A DNA stretch of 64,000 nucleotides. Source: Eledone cirrhosa. Its lineage: Eukaryota. Positions 44,090 through 59,936 of this stretch are shown here, piece by piece (the first letter of the stretch is position 1; the number at the start of each line of letters is the position of its first letter). The DNA lies in NCBI GenBank assembly GCA_964016885.1, contig OZ024741.1, forward strand, positions 136,090,001 to 136,154,000, given 5' to 3'. A program made the translations under genes and the position numbers. A model generated the notes under the pieces. The model did no database searches. It saw only the letters and a list, made by a program, of their open reading frames with translations, and had not been told where the DNA came from.

Positions 44090-44147
44090 TTATCTGATGA
44101 AAGCGCACCATAATTTGCCTTGGTAGCCCTTGAAATATGTATAATAA
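44090..44147 (+). ncRNA. Hammerhead motif in a TA-flanked element (about 44005-44185)
   Basis: ttat CTGATGA aagcgc acca taatttgcct tggt agccctt GAAAT atgt ATA ataa. Confidence 0.6.
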
Positions 44148-44365
44148 CATAAATATGGTTTTATAAATATAGTTTCCATTTGTTAATATATTTTATTATT
44201 ATATATATATATGTGTGTGTGTGTGTGTATATATATGCATGTATATATATATTCATGTATATATACATTCATGTATATATACATGGATATATATATATAT
44301 ATATATACATGCATATATAAATATATATACCGCATATATATATATATATACATATATACATATAC

Positions 44366-44420
<55 letters not shown>

Positions 44421-44424
<4 letters not shown>

Positions 44425-44887
44425 GTATAAAAATCAATACAATATAATTACCTCATTACCAGAGGTTTCCCGAATGAGGCGAATACGAAAGAAACGTCTT
44501 CATTCGTTCGTCAAATGAGGCAATATAAAACATGGCTAAATACTTGGAAAGTCTCATCAAGAAAAGCAAAAAAAATTATATAAATATAGACAAATGAATT
44601 ACAATAGCCATATGAAATATATAAATATATATTATTTTTTTTTTGCTTTTTTTTTTTTTTAAATTTGCTTTTCTTGATGAGACTTTCCAAGTATTTAGCC
44701 ATGCTTTATATTGCCTCGTCTGACGAACGAATGAAGACGTTTCTTTCGTATACGCCTCATTCGGGAAACCTCTGGTAATGAGGTAATAATATTGTATTGA
44801 TTTTTATACATTAAATTTTGCTCTGGTACTTACATAGAGCACTCTTCACTTCTATGACCTTTTCTGTTTTCAACGGAAATTTCAATA

Positions 44888-44890
<3 letters not shown>
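44421..44890. mobile_element. TA-flanked fold-back element, about 150-bp arms
   Basis: 44421-44570 is the reverse complement of about 44664-44813. Confidence 0.88.
44711..44786 (+). ncRNA. Type I hammerhead with extended stems (mirror copy 44448-44523 - has C3>T)
   Basis: ttgcctcgt CTGACGA a cgaatga...tcattcg g GAAAC ctctg GTA atgaggtaa. 9-bp stem I, 7-bp stem II. Confidence 0.88.
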
Positions 44891-44926
<36 letters not shown>

Positions 44927-45038
44927 AAACAGTAACATAGAACTCATGTATATTATTTTTTCCTTACTAAACGAACATGTCTTTACTGACAGATCAATCC
45001 TCCGTGGCATTTGTTGCTGACGCAACTGCATTATTTCT

Positions 45039-45225
45039 CTGGATTGGCATTATCGGTAGAGAGTCGGACACCATGCTTTGAAGCATAGAGTTACGTCCCT
45101 TTATGATCTGAGTTCAAATCTCGCCGAGGTTAACTTTGCCTTTCATCCTTACGGGGTCGATAAAATAAAGTACCAGTAATGCACTGGGTATTTGCTGGCC
45201 TTGTGCCAAATGTAGAAACAATTAT
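45039..45225 (+). mobile_element. SINE family A
   Basis: Head, core and tail present. Confidence 0.88.
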
Positions 45226-45537
45226 TTCTCACCAGCTTGACATAATAGTTATTCCTATTTGCAAAACTTCCTATATAACTATATCATTAAATCGTTTGTT
45301 TTAGAGAGGATATTTGGCATATATTTGTTATTTCTTTTATACTTGCACATAGAAGCCCACATGCACTCATAAACGGGCACACACGTGCATTTAAATATGT
45401 ATATATGTGGGGGTGCATATAACATATATACGTGTCTGTATGTTTGCCTATATAAATATATACGCATGTATGTATATATGTATACAAAGTATATATATAT
45501 ATATGTATACACAGTATATATATGTGAAACATATATA

Positions 45538-45587
<50 letters not shown>

Positions 45588-45675
45588 TATAAATGTATAC
45601 ACAGACACACACACAAACACACATATATATATGTGTGTGTGTGTACACATATAAATGTATACTACACATACATAC

Positions 45676-45731
<56 letters not shown>

Positions 45732-47039
45732 ATATATATATATATCGGAGTAAATTCATTTTCCGTGTCGAAGAGCTGAAGTCATTTGTTTAAAGAGCGT
45801 TGTCGTAATGTTTTTTTCCTATTCCTTTTCCATTATTCTATTCGACTCTGGAGTAAAAAACATAACAACACTTCTGCTGCATGTATTAAGCTTTCTCAGT
45901 TTATTTTATATTACTTTTGATGGACATAAAATGGCCGACATAAAAAGTACTTCAGATATACAACTAAATATCTATAAAATTGGGCATGTGACGGCTGCCA
46001 GAATTAAAATAACAAACATACTCAACATACATACAAAAATAAAAATGAAATAAAAATAAAAGCGAAGTCACTGGAAAAAATTGAAATGCATTTTTCTTTT
46101 TTTTCCTTTTTCTTTTTTGCGGATGTCATAGTCATTCGTTTTAAAAGCAAAAAAGTATCGGGAAAATGTCTTCTCTCAGCAAAAATTATATTTGTTTCCC
46201 CTATAGAAAGAAATTTTCATTATATTTTCATTGGACTTTCAGTGAAACTTTTTCATTGGGCATACTGAAATTCGAGAGTAAGTATGTTTTTTACTCACTT
46301 TCGTTTCGTGATATTGAAAAATAGTATTTTAAAAATATTAATTTAATCCTGTCAGTTTACATATATGTCGGTTTTCGTAATCTTTGATAAAATATTTATT
46401 ACATTCCACCTTGTGTCACAAATATTTCGATAAATCTGTGAATGACTCGGATTTTTATTTCTTTTGATTTTCACGTATTAAATGAATATTAGGATTAGAC
46501 TCTATAATACAAGGATTTGACTATATGATAAAATCAACATATATTACTTCATAGCACAAAGTAGTCAAACATCGAAAACTGTTATTCTCTAGCGTAAGGT
46601 ATTTGGCTTCCAAAGTAGAATTTGGGAGGTATCGAAACTGGAAAAGAGTAGTGTACAGTGTACAACAATAAGGGTGATCACGAATTAACAATTCATTACA
46701 AAAAACTCTGCTGCTTCACTGACCATCCTGTTTGGAACTATACAAATATTGAGGTATCAGAAGCTTGCAAAATTTGATAAGATGATTAGGTGAAATATTA
46801 TTAGATGTTAATTTAAAATAAGGATGAAGGATGAAGTGAGGAAACTTGGGATTGCAAAGGTGAGGAATGAGAGTTGTATTAGAACCACTGCACATTACTA
46901 TACTGTGTTGAGAAGAAACGCTAGACAGTACAATATTGTGTGTCTCTGAGAACCACTGGACTAATCTATATTGTGGGATTCTAAAAACCAATGAACTATA
47001 GTGTATTGAGGGGCACTGAGAACCACTTCACTGTACTAT

Positions 47040-47226
47040 AATTGTTTCTACTTTTGGCACAAGGCCAGCTATTATCCAGTGCATTACTGGTACTTTATTT
47101 TACCGACCCCGTAAGGATGAAAGGCAAAGTTTACCTCGACGGGATTTGAACTCAGATCGTAAAGGGACATAACTATGCTGGAAAGCATGGCGTCCGACCC
47201 TCCACCGATACTGCCAATCCACCGCC
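47040..47226 (-). mobile_element. SINE family A
   Basis: Full reverse-complement copy. Confidence 0.88.
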
Positions 47227-48881
47227 TGTACTATACTATAATGTGAGTGTCTAAGAACTACTGCACTATACTGTATTGTGTGTCTTGGAGAACCGCAGTA
47301 CTAAACTATATTGCCAGTTGTAACTACCACTGGATTATACAATATTGTGGATTTCTAAGAACCATTGGACCATACAATAATGCGGGTTGATGGGAAAGAC
47401 TGTACTGTACTATACTATACTGTAGGTTGAGAAGTTGCTACGTGGTCATGTGGCGCTCGGCTAAACATATAATAGATGAGAATTCAAAATCCAGGAGGAA
47501 TTGAAGAAAACCGGTATCACAAGGAGCAAATGTAACATAGGTCATAGGGACCTAATGCCCTAGAAGAATCGGATTGTCAATATTATATTTCCTTTGGGTC
47601 ACAAATCGTCGAAAAATCTATGAATTGTCCATATTTTTGTTTTCCATGTTCTGAATCAAATAATACAAATTTAAACATAGAATTAATCGATACCTTTAAA
47701 TTTTCTACATTCATTGGCTTCATTCATCAGTGTGAGGCGATGTTAGTACACCACCTTGATTTAGTCAGTCATATAGACCTCCGTATAGGCTTTTGTCAGG
47801 CTAGATACTTGTTTTAACGATTTCCTTCTTTTTGTCGAGATGGTAAGCTACGGGACATAGACACAACCACAGATAGAATTGTAAGCATACAAACGGACAT
47901 ATACACACATAGTTGCATATATATATGACGAGCTACTGGGCTTTTCGTCTGACAAATTCGGCTCACGAAGCATTGGTCAACTCGATGCAATAGAAAGGGA
48001 AACTTGCCTAATGTGTCGCTCAGTTGGACATTATCCAGAATGACGTGGTTGCAAGCAAATTCCCCAAAGATACAGTGAAGCCTGTACTTTAAATATATAT
48101 AAATTTAGTGCATGGATTTGTGTTAAACCTCTAGAATATCCAGAGTGTAACTATTAAAGTTCCCTTGTGACACACGTGTTTCGAGTATGCTGTTCTTCAT
48201 TTTCTATTGAATCTTGGAACTAGTGGAATGTGGAATAAATCGATATATATATATATATATATATGGTGGTTATTTAAAATTCCCATTATCCTATCATTTT
48301 AAAATACATTATAATGAGTGCTGTTGTAGCGAAAGTATCTTTTATTACATTTTAAAATATATTAGTGTCAGAATAAATCTTTTCTAAGTAAAGTATGTCT
48401 ATAATAAAGAGACGTATTAATAGAGACATTCTTTCATTCTGCCCTAGCTGTGTCTATAATTTCAATATAGAAGTATATTTTACATCTAATTCCTATCTGC
48501 CTTCATATTCACTTAAATTGACTAATTCGTTAGCTCTTGAGATACTTGAAGTACTTTAATAAACCTTTCCTTTTCGGCAGTTATATTAGCTAGCTACGGC
48601 TTAATGGTGTTATCATTGGCTCTGTTTCTTCTACGGAGATTATCGTTGACATTATAATTTATATATATGCATAAATACATATATATATATGTATGTATAT
48701 TGATATATATATATATATATACATACATACATACAAATATATATATGTATATATACAAACATACACATATATATATATATATTATATATATACATACTTA
48801 CAAATATATATGTATGTATATATATATATATATATATATACATACATAAAAATATATTTATACATACACACACGCGCACGC

Positions 48882-48939
<58 letters not shown>

Positions 48940-48940
48940 A

Positions 48941-48980
<40 letters not shown>

Positions 48981-48989
48981 CACACATAC

Positions 48990-49055
<66 letters not shown>

Positions 49056-49518
49056 GATAGCCAGTCGCCATTCTTGTTTTGTTGTGTTGTCTGTCCACAG
49101 ATTTCCAATCTTATATTCTCGTATTATCATCTAATCCTGTTATCAGATTTCTTTTTGGCAATTTAGTGTTGTGGAAAATTCTTCTTCTTGACATCCCGTT
49201 GGGCAATCAAGCAGATCTTAATTCAATATGAGTCCATTATTGCCGAAAGTGAAACTTAGAAAATACTATTATTAAATTCTGCATAGCGTGTAGCCGTTGT
49301 ACAGCAACCTAAGGCAACCTGAATTACAGTAAAGGTCAGCCAGATCGGAAATCAGAGCACGTTGTGTTATCAACCAAAAGGTTTCCATAGACTACAGTTG
49401 ATGTCTTTAAGTAACTAATAATCTAATTGTATATGAAGATAGATAGACAGAAACACACACACAGACTCATTTCTATATATATATATAATTATTTGTGTAC
49501 ACGCACACACACACACAA

Positions 49519-49602
<84 letters not shown>

Positions 49603-49859
49603 ACATATACATACTTAGTGCTTTGGTAAAGAAGCGTAATTTTTACCATGGAACCTTTCATGTAATATTACAGGCCAAGAACAAAGAGAGATCGCCATTT
49701 TTATTTAGCCGCCATCTCGCTTTCTCATATAACCGATCAACTTTCAAATATTTCATCTCTCAATTGAATAATGAATGCGCTTTAAATAGCACTGAGGAGA
49801 CCAACCTCATAGAAGGAGTTTCACTGATTATTATTTAATCAGCTTTCTGATTTACGTTG

Positions 49860-49890
49860 TATATATATATATATTTACATTGATTTACGT

Positions 49891-49938
<48 letters not shown>

Positions 49939-49940
49939 AG

Positions 49941-49972
<32 letters not shown>

Positions 49973-49977
49973 GATAG

Positions 49978-50062
<85 letters not shown>

Positions 50063-50082
50063 TATATATTCATATATAATAG

Positions 50083-50125
<43 letters not shown>

Positions 50126-50171
50126 TAATAGGAGTATATATATATAATAGGAGTATGTATATATAATAATA

Positions 50172-50217
<46 letters not shown>

Positions 50218-50395
50218 GGTATATATATATGATAGGTGTATATATATATATGATAGGTGTATATATATGTATATATATGTAATAGGAGTATATATATATA
50301 TATAATAGGAGTATGTATATATAATAAAAGTATATATATATACATGAATTTGTGATTATATATATACTCCTATTGTGTGTGTGTGTGTGTGTGTG
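49860..50395. repeat. TA-derived minisatellite with ATAGGTGT/ATAGGAGT units
   Basis: Direct reading. Confidence 0.9.
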
Positions 50396-50584
50396 GAGGT
50401 TCACTACGATAGATATAATCATAATAACGATTTCCATTTCTAATAACGTAAACAAACAATTTTATATATTACAGTTAATATATAAACTTTCGGGGTGGAA
50501 ACTATCGTGATATCGTTATATAGAAACACAATCATAACGGTGTTATCATTATCAACGGAAAAACACTAATACATACCAGCATTC

Positions 50585-51354
50585 GCCATTCTTTGAAGCA
50601 TAGAGTTACCTCCTTTTATGATCTGAGTTCAAATCCCGCCGAGGTTAACTTTGCCTTTCATCCTTACAGGGTCGATAAAATAAAGGTCCATTTAATCGAC
50701 TTTCCTCTTCCCTTCAAAGTACTGGCCCTATGCCTAAAGTAGAAACAATTATTAGTAAATGCAATGGTTTTGGTTTCTAATTTATTCACAAGCCCAACAA
50801 TTTATGGAGAGCGGGAAAGTATATTAGACCGACCCTAGCACCTGACTGGTACTTTATGTTATCTACTCTGAAATAATAAATGATAATCTTTATCTCTGCG
50901 AGATTTTAACGCAGACTGTAATGAGTATTAACTACTCAATATAATAAGTTTTTTTAAGTTTTTTATTCAAGCACGAAGCCAACACTTTGTAGGGAAGGTG
51001 GAGTCGATTAAATCGATCTCAGTGCGTTACTGGAACTTTATTTTATTGGTTCCGCACGAAAAAAGGCAAAGCTAATCTTGTTGGGATTTCAACTGAACAT
51101 AAAGAGCTTTAACTACTTAATAATAATAATAATAATGATTTCTACTATTGGCACAAGGTCAGCAATTTTGTGGGGAGGGAAAAGTGGAATAAATCGACCC
51201 AAGTGCTTTACTGATACTTTATTGTATCGACCACGTAAAAATGAAAAGCAAAGCTAACCTCGGCGGGATTTGAACTCAGAACGTAAAAGGCTGTAACTCT
51301 ATGCCACAAAGCATGGTGTCCGACACTCTACTGATTCCGTCAACCCACCGCCCT
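50585..51354. mobile_element. SINE family A cluster: one + copy (50585-50750) facing three - copies (about 50772-50932, 50965-51113, 51136-51354)
   Basis: Core motif repeated with varying divergence. Confidence 0.75.
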
Positions 51355-51589
51355 AATATTGATAATATTAGTAATGATTTTTTCCATTAGCCACATGGTA
51401 TCATACATAGCAAACATTAAAAAGGAGGGGTATAGACCAGGTTGTTTTATTAAAACTAGTACAGACTGTCAAGAAAATAGATAATAATAATTAAATAACC
51501 GATCCTCAGATCCAGCCACAGAAACATTGGTTGTTCAATTGCAGAGAAAAACTAAAGAATAAAATAGATGTTGTTGTTGGACCTCCGTG

Positions 51590-51897
51590 GTTTCCGGCGA
51601 TGAGTGTTCCAGTTGATTCAATAAACTGTACGGCCTGTTCGTTAAATTAACGTACAGATGTGTGAGCATTCCTCAGACAGGTACACCATGTCATTTTCGG
51701 GGAGATTCAGCGTGACATTGTGTGTGACGAGCTTGCTCTTTCTATTACAAGTATAAATCATCTTTCCCAAGCAAAGTGGATTGGTGTAAGGTGAAATATA
51801 GTGTCTTCCTCACGGATGCAAAGTGCAGTCTATTCCGGGAATCGTTCTCATGACAATACGATTGTGAGCTCTAAACATAAATCACTTAGCCACGTGT
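51590..51897 (-). mobile_element. tRNA/CORE-type SINE, family B (other decayed copies at about 15712-15835 +, 24585-25085, 32390-32620, 58390-58790, 61035-61292, 62995-63297 -)
   Basis: Reverse-complement head CACGTGGCTAAGTG...GAGAACGATTCCCGG, CORE-like TCCGTGAGGAAGACACTATATTTCAC, shared body GATTCAGCGTGAC. Confidence 0.65.
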
Positions 51898-53560
51898 TTC
51901 GTGAATAAGACTTATATGAAGCGGAAATATACAATAATTATATTTTCTCCTTTTCTTAGTGTCAGCTCAATTGTAGTCGCAATTTATGAGTAGCAGCGTT
52001 AGCAAAATATGAGAAGTTGTTGGCAACCATTGCTGTTTGCAATGTTTTTTAATGTTTCAACACTATTTTTTATTTTTTGTCTATAAAAATTATAATTATA
52101 TTTTTTATTATTTTTGTTATTATCCTCAGTATTTCAATGTTATAATTTACTTTATTTTCACTGTGCAATTCTGAATGTTTGTGTTTGAATGTGCGTCTGT
52201 TTAATCGTAATATTTGAGAATGTTTTTTCGCATTTGAACATTTTTAGAGGCGTATAAGTTTTTTCACCATAAATATTGCTACCACGACATTTAATAGCGC
52301 CTCCCCCCACTGTCATCGAGGCGGACATTTGAAATACGAATAAACATTGCAAATGGCTTCTTTTCCAAAATGTATACATAGTTAACAGCAATGTTAGACT
52401 GATTTTACGTCAGGAAATGGTGTGAATCTTTAAATAATCCAATAGATTCTGTTAAACAATCCCCACTAAAACGAGAACAAATAACACCTTTTTATTGAGT
52501 AATCCAGCAATGATAATTACTGAATAACTGGATGGTCGGATAAATACGTGTGTTCATATGAATGGCTAAGAACGGCAGCGGCAACAATAATAAAAATAAC
52601 AGCTAAAGTAATGATCTTTCTAATTTCAATCACAGAGTCAGGCATTTTGCTAGAAAGGAAAGCCAGTTATATCCATGCCGAACTGATTTTTATCTACTGC
52701 AGAAGGATGAAATGCAAAGTTGACATCGGTGGAGTTTGAACTCAGAACTTAGAAAGTCATAATTAAAATGCCGCAAACCATAATATCCGACGCTCTACGG
52801 AAACAGCCAATCCAACGCCCTCTGGACATGATTATTGAGAGTAATAATAAACTTTTCCTCCAGTGAAGTTACGATAAATTGCGTTGAAAGAAGGTCACAT
52901 GAGAGATTGCGTGACTATTTTTGTTTTAAATGTTTTAATATTCTTTAAAAGGACAACGTTAATTAATGAATGATGAGTAGAGTTATCGTTTGACGTTAGT
53001 GTACCAAGCGTGAACGCTTTGGACAGAGCCCGTAGTTAATCTTAATTTCATGGTAGTTAAATGATTAAGAATACAAAAATACTTGCTGATTGAGATGACT
53101 GTGCGTTGCATGGTTAACCAACCAGATGCTGGTATTAATTTCAGCACAGTGAGTTGAAGCAACATGATATGATGTGTCTTGCTCGTGGAACCAACACCTC
53201 ACTCAGTTCGGGTATCTAAACAACCGTAAGTTAAATTTGAACATTCTGTGGAACGAAAGCATTAAAGATAAGTTCTGTGGAATGACATAGCATTAAAGAT
53301 AAGTTGACCTGCAATTGGATACATCAGTTTCCTGGCACCAAGAAAGGTCAAGTAACATTATCTAGCGGTAACACTGACACGAATACGCATATACTTCTAT
53401 ATTAGAGGTATAATTAGAATCACGTGTGTATATCTGTACCTATAATGATACACTCAAAAATACATGCATAGGTTTATACCTAAATCTGTATATATACACA
53501 TGCATATGCATATGTTTGTGTATATATATATATATATATATATAGATATATATAGATATA

Positions 53561-53881
53561 TATCACAGAAAAAAAGAGAATCAGTGTTGCGACGAATGGA
53601 ATTTATTGGACGTATTACAATCGTTTCTCTGGCGACCAGTTCGCGACACGTTCGATTTGATGATCGAACCGGACTCTGAAAATCGCAAGGTCCTCAGATA
53701 AGTCTTGATTCTACGAAGCAGATTTTCCTATAGGAAAATCTAATGGTCGCCAGAGAAACGTTTGTAATATGTCCAATAAATTCCATTTGTCGCAACACTG
53801 ATTCTCTTTTTTTCTGTGATATCATACTCTGCTCTATGAGAGCATCGAGTACTCATACAGTCGCTTTAAGCATCCAACCCC

Positions 53882-53885
<4 letters not shown>
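53561..53885. mobile_element. TA-flanked fold-back element; a further 3' copy at about 56738-56872
   Basis: 53561-53638 is the reverse complement of about 53744-53822. CCAATAAATTCCATT.GTCGCAACACTGATTCTC is shared with about 56747-56780. Confidence 0.85.
53609..53704 (-). ncRNA. Hammerhead with a long (about 63-nt) stem II domain
   Basis: Reverse complement: gacttat CTGAGGA ccttgcga...gttcgat catcaa atcgaac...tcgccaga GAAAC gatt GTA atacgtc. Confidence 0.7.
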
Positions 53886-53946
<61 letters not shown>

Positions 53947-54170
53947 TATGTATATATATAAATGCATATATTTATATATGTATATATATAAATATATATG
54001 TATATATTTAGATATATATATCTATATATATATTTATATATAAATATATTTATTTATGTGTATATATATATATGTATATATTTATATTTACATATATTTA
54101 TTTATGTGTATATATATATATATGCATATATTTATATTTATATATATTTATATATGTGTATATATATATA

Positions 54171-55765
<1,595 letters not shown>

Positions 55766-55812
55766 TATATATATATATATGTATATATATATATGTATAT
55801 ATTTATACATAT

Positions 55813-56070
55813 ATCATCATCATCATCATCATTTTACGTCCGCTTTTCCCTGCTTGCAAGGGTGGGACGGATCCTATTCAGCACAACATCTCTCCACTTG
55901 TCATGGTCCTTCGTCATCTCCTCCGTGAGTTTCAGCGATCTGAGGTCTGCTCTCGCCAACCCGACCATGTTTTTCATGGTCTTCCTCTACTGCGTCTTCC
56001 TTCTACTGGAATTGCCTAGCACATCTTCACCCGAGCTGAGTGAGGTGTTGGTTCCACGAGTAAGACATCA
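55813..56070 (-). mobile_element. RTE-like LINE 3' end with (ATG)n tail
   Basis: Reverse complement reads [13 protein letters not shown]; (CAT)n at 55814-55832. Confidence 0.65.
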
Positions 56071-56299
56071 TATCATGTATATATATATGTATGCATATAT
56101 ATATATATATATATGTGTATATATATATATGTATATATTTATATATGCATATATATGTATATATTTAAATATGTATATATATATATGTATATATGTATAT
56201 ATATGTATAAATATATATGTATATATATATCTATATATCTATATCTATATGTATATATGTATATATATGTATATATATATATATGTATATATATATATG

Positions 56300-56386
<87 letters not shown>

Positions 56387-56894
56387 AGACAGTTCAAGAG
56401 TAAACCAATCTTAAATAGAGAGATAGAAGTAGGATGGGAGAGATTGGTGATGGTGTTAGAAGCCAAAGCTTAAAAGCGGGTGCTCGATGTGCAATATGCA
56501 GTGGAAAGCAGTTGGAAAACTGGATTCATGCTGAGGTTAGGTGTACACAGCTGGAAATATTCAGTAGTTAAGCAAATCAAGACGACAAATTCACATAGAA
56601 GACTTCACAGAGTATCGACATTAAGTGCAGTTTAATATAGAAAGGGGATAGTAATGTCAGTTTACAATTGTTTTACTACTCCATATAATGTTTCTGGATC
56701 AATCGATGGTAAGAAAGTTATTGATTTGTAATACGAAGTAATATGTCCAATAAATTCCATTCGTCGCAACACTGATTCTCTTTTTTTCTGTGATATCATA
56801 CTCTGCTCTATGACAGCATCGAGTGCTCATACCGCCTACCGCATACAGATGGTTTAAGAATCCAACACCAATTATATATATATATATATATATA

Positions 56895-57066
56895 GGAAAC
56901 GAGTCAGGACACCAATTGCTGAGCTCCGGCCGTTTCCACAGCTAGTTCTGGACAGCTGTCGAAACGGCCGGAGCTCAGCCATCAGGGTCCTGACTCTTTT
57001 CCTGTTACCCACTCTTCTACCCATAGTATCGAGGACGCTGGTTCATTAGGCTTCACACTTCCTTCG

Positions 57067-57068
<2 letters not shown>
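56895..57068. mobile_element. TA-flanked fold-back element; relatives at 17221-17362 and probably about 36344-36440
   Basis: GCTGAGCTCCGGCCGTTTC / GAAACGGCCGGAGCTCAGC inverted. The 3' end CCTTCGTTATATA is shared with about 17355-17367. Confidence 0.7.
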
Positions 57069-57110
<42 letters not shown>

Positions 57111-57310
57111 ATTACCTAAACTACAGCATCTACATGTGTGAGTTATCCTACCAATTGCTTTCAAATACAACATAATATACAACCAATAGAACTTGTACCA
57201 ACTTAGTCCGTGATGTATCACGGACTAAGTGGAAGCAAATATTCTATTATGTTGTACAACATACACACAAACATAAAAATTGCCAACGGGGAAAACCGAC
57301 TTTAAATAAC

Positions 57311-57414
<104 letters not shown>

Positions 57415-58914
57415 TATATAGGCATGCAATTCATATTATTTTTTAAATGAATATTCAATGATGCAAGAAACAATTTTATATATATATTTTGATTATACAA
57501 GGTATAGATTAGACATAATAACGAAATATATAGAGAATATATTAGCTGGACTTTCAAATAAACATTACAAACTGCTCTTCATAATAATAGATGGTTGCAC
57601 GTATCTGAAATTGTCAAATTCGCCGCTCTGATATGGAGTATGCTAATACATTAACATGAAATAATTGCATTTTTAAAATGGATTATAACTGCTTTTTTTT
57701 TTGTATATAATTCTTTTCCCTCACAAAATATAAGTTTTGTTTATTTTAGTTTATTTAGAATGAAATGAACATGCAAGCTAGTTCGTGCTATTTATTTTCA
57801 AATTTTATGCAAGTATGTAAATTATTTATTATTGATTTATGCAAATGGACTCTTTCTGAAACTTTTTGTGGTTATATATATTGTTTTTTTTAAATATCGG
57901 AATAGACATTATTATGATACAGTTCATAATACAGAGTATATGAAATAGCCAAGATTCACTGATGAGACAAAAGCATACTTCTTATAAATATAATATGCAG
58001 TCGTGTCAATGACTGGTTTAAAGGAACTGAAAATCAAAACAAAATCGTTAATGTAGGTGATAGAAATATTTTGATCGCATGTTTTGTTAGTATCCCTGTT
58101 ACTAACAAACATTCACCTATATTTACATGACAAAGGCATACATAAATAAACAAATATCAAAATAACGGCTAATGTATACTTATAACGCATATAAATTGAT
58201 AGTAAATCGGGAAAAGAATGCATTCTGGAAACGGTCAATAATAACCATGAAACAAATAAATACACCAAACATGTCTACCTACATACCTATATATATATAT
58301 ATATATATATATAGCTACCTTTCTATCTCCTCTATATATCTATATGCGTATTCATTGAAGTTGAGTCCTTTTTAGTATTGGACCATCTTCGGTTCCGACG
58401 ACGAGTGTTCTAATTATTTGAATAGCAGAGTAGCAAGCTTGTAAAAATTCTCGCGCAAATTGCTAGGCTTTCCTCAGAGAGGGCCACCCTAAATATAATT
58501 CTCAGATAGATTAAACGTGACACATGTGACAAGGCTGGTTGTTTGAATTACGAGTACAGGTCATCTTGTTGTATAGTATATAAGTAGTTCACAGACATAA
58601 GTATCCTTAACGTTGTTCCCAGTGGACGTCATCATAATTTACAGGTACATGAATTATTTGTTTGCAAATATATTTTAAGTAGACTGGAACGAGAGAAAAT
58701 AAAATATTTTGTTGAAGGATACCACATATTGCTGTAAATAAAACGACCTGACGATTGTGATCTAGTCACCTAACCACTACACCACACAATTGCAAAAGTA
58801 GTTGTATTTACTATGTGTCGTTGCAATATTACTGATCATGATCGATCTGTAGAATCAAACTAACCTGTCTCTTGACGGTTGAATCTCAGCAATGGGTATT
58901 TGGTTTCCTTCGAG

Positions 58915-59936
58915 TAGTATCTTTAACAGTTACGTCCCTTTACCTTCTGAGTTGAAATACCGCCGAGGTATATCTTTGCCTTTCATCCTTACCGGGTCGA
59001 TAAAATAAAGTACCAGTAAAGTACTGGGGTCGATTTAATCGATTTTTCCCTTCCTCCAAATTACTGGCCTTGTGCCTATAGTAGAAATCACCATTACGGG
59101 GCTCGATAAAATAAAGTACCAGTAACACACTGGAGTCGATTAAATCTATTTTTCCTCTCCCAAAATTATTGGCCGCATGTCTAAATCAGAAACCATTATT
59201 ACGGCCCTTTCCATTCTGAGTTCAAATCCCGCCGAGGTCAACTTTGCCTTTCATCCTTACGGGGTCGATAAAATAAAGTACCAGTAATGTACTGGGTAAT
59301 TGCTGGCCCTGTGCCAAAAGTAGAAACAATTATTACATGGGGTTAGAGTGCTTATTTTGTAAAATCATTACTGCCTCCGACAAAACAATTTGCTGAAATT
59401 TGTTCAGGCACTATCCCTTCTGATTTCATTTCACAAGATCAATTTCACCTTGCATCCTTAAGAGATCGGTCGAAAAAGTACCGGTCAAGAGACTGTGGTC
59501 AGTATAACCAACTTTATCCTTCTACTAATTAGAAATTGTTATTACATTGAATTAGAGGGCAGTGGTTTGGCAGTATCGGTAGAGCGTCAGGCACCATGTT
59601 TTGCAGCATAGTTATGGCCCTTTGCGTTCTGAGTTCAAATCCGCCGAGGTTAACTTTGCATTTCATCCTTACGAGGTCGATAAAATAAAGTACCAGTGGT
59701 GCACTGGGGTAATCGCTGGCCTTGTGCCAAAAGTAGAAACTCTAGGGCGGTGAATTGGCAGTATCGGTAGAGCGTCAGACACTATGCTTTACAGCATAGA
59801 CTTATGGCCCTTTACGTTCTGAGTTCAAATCGCGCCGACGTTAACTTTGCCTTTCATCCTTACGGGGTCGATAAAATAAAGTACCAGTAATGCTCTGGGA
59901 TAATTGCTGGCCTTGTGCCAAAAGTAGAAACAGTTA
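58915..59936 (+). mobile_element. Head-to-tail cluster of about 6 SINE family A copies or fragments
   Basis: GATAAAATAAAGTACCAGT at about 58999, 59105, 59267, 59679 and 59870, plus a decayed copy near 59450. Confidence 0.85.

Noticed and set aside
49785-49830. CTGAGGA...GAAG hammerhead candidate
   Set aside because: GAAA is absent and there are no convincing stems; at best a decayed motif.
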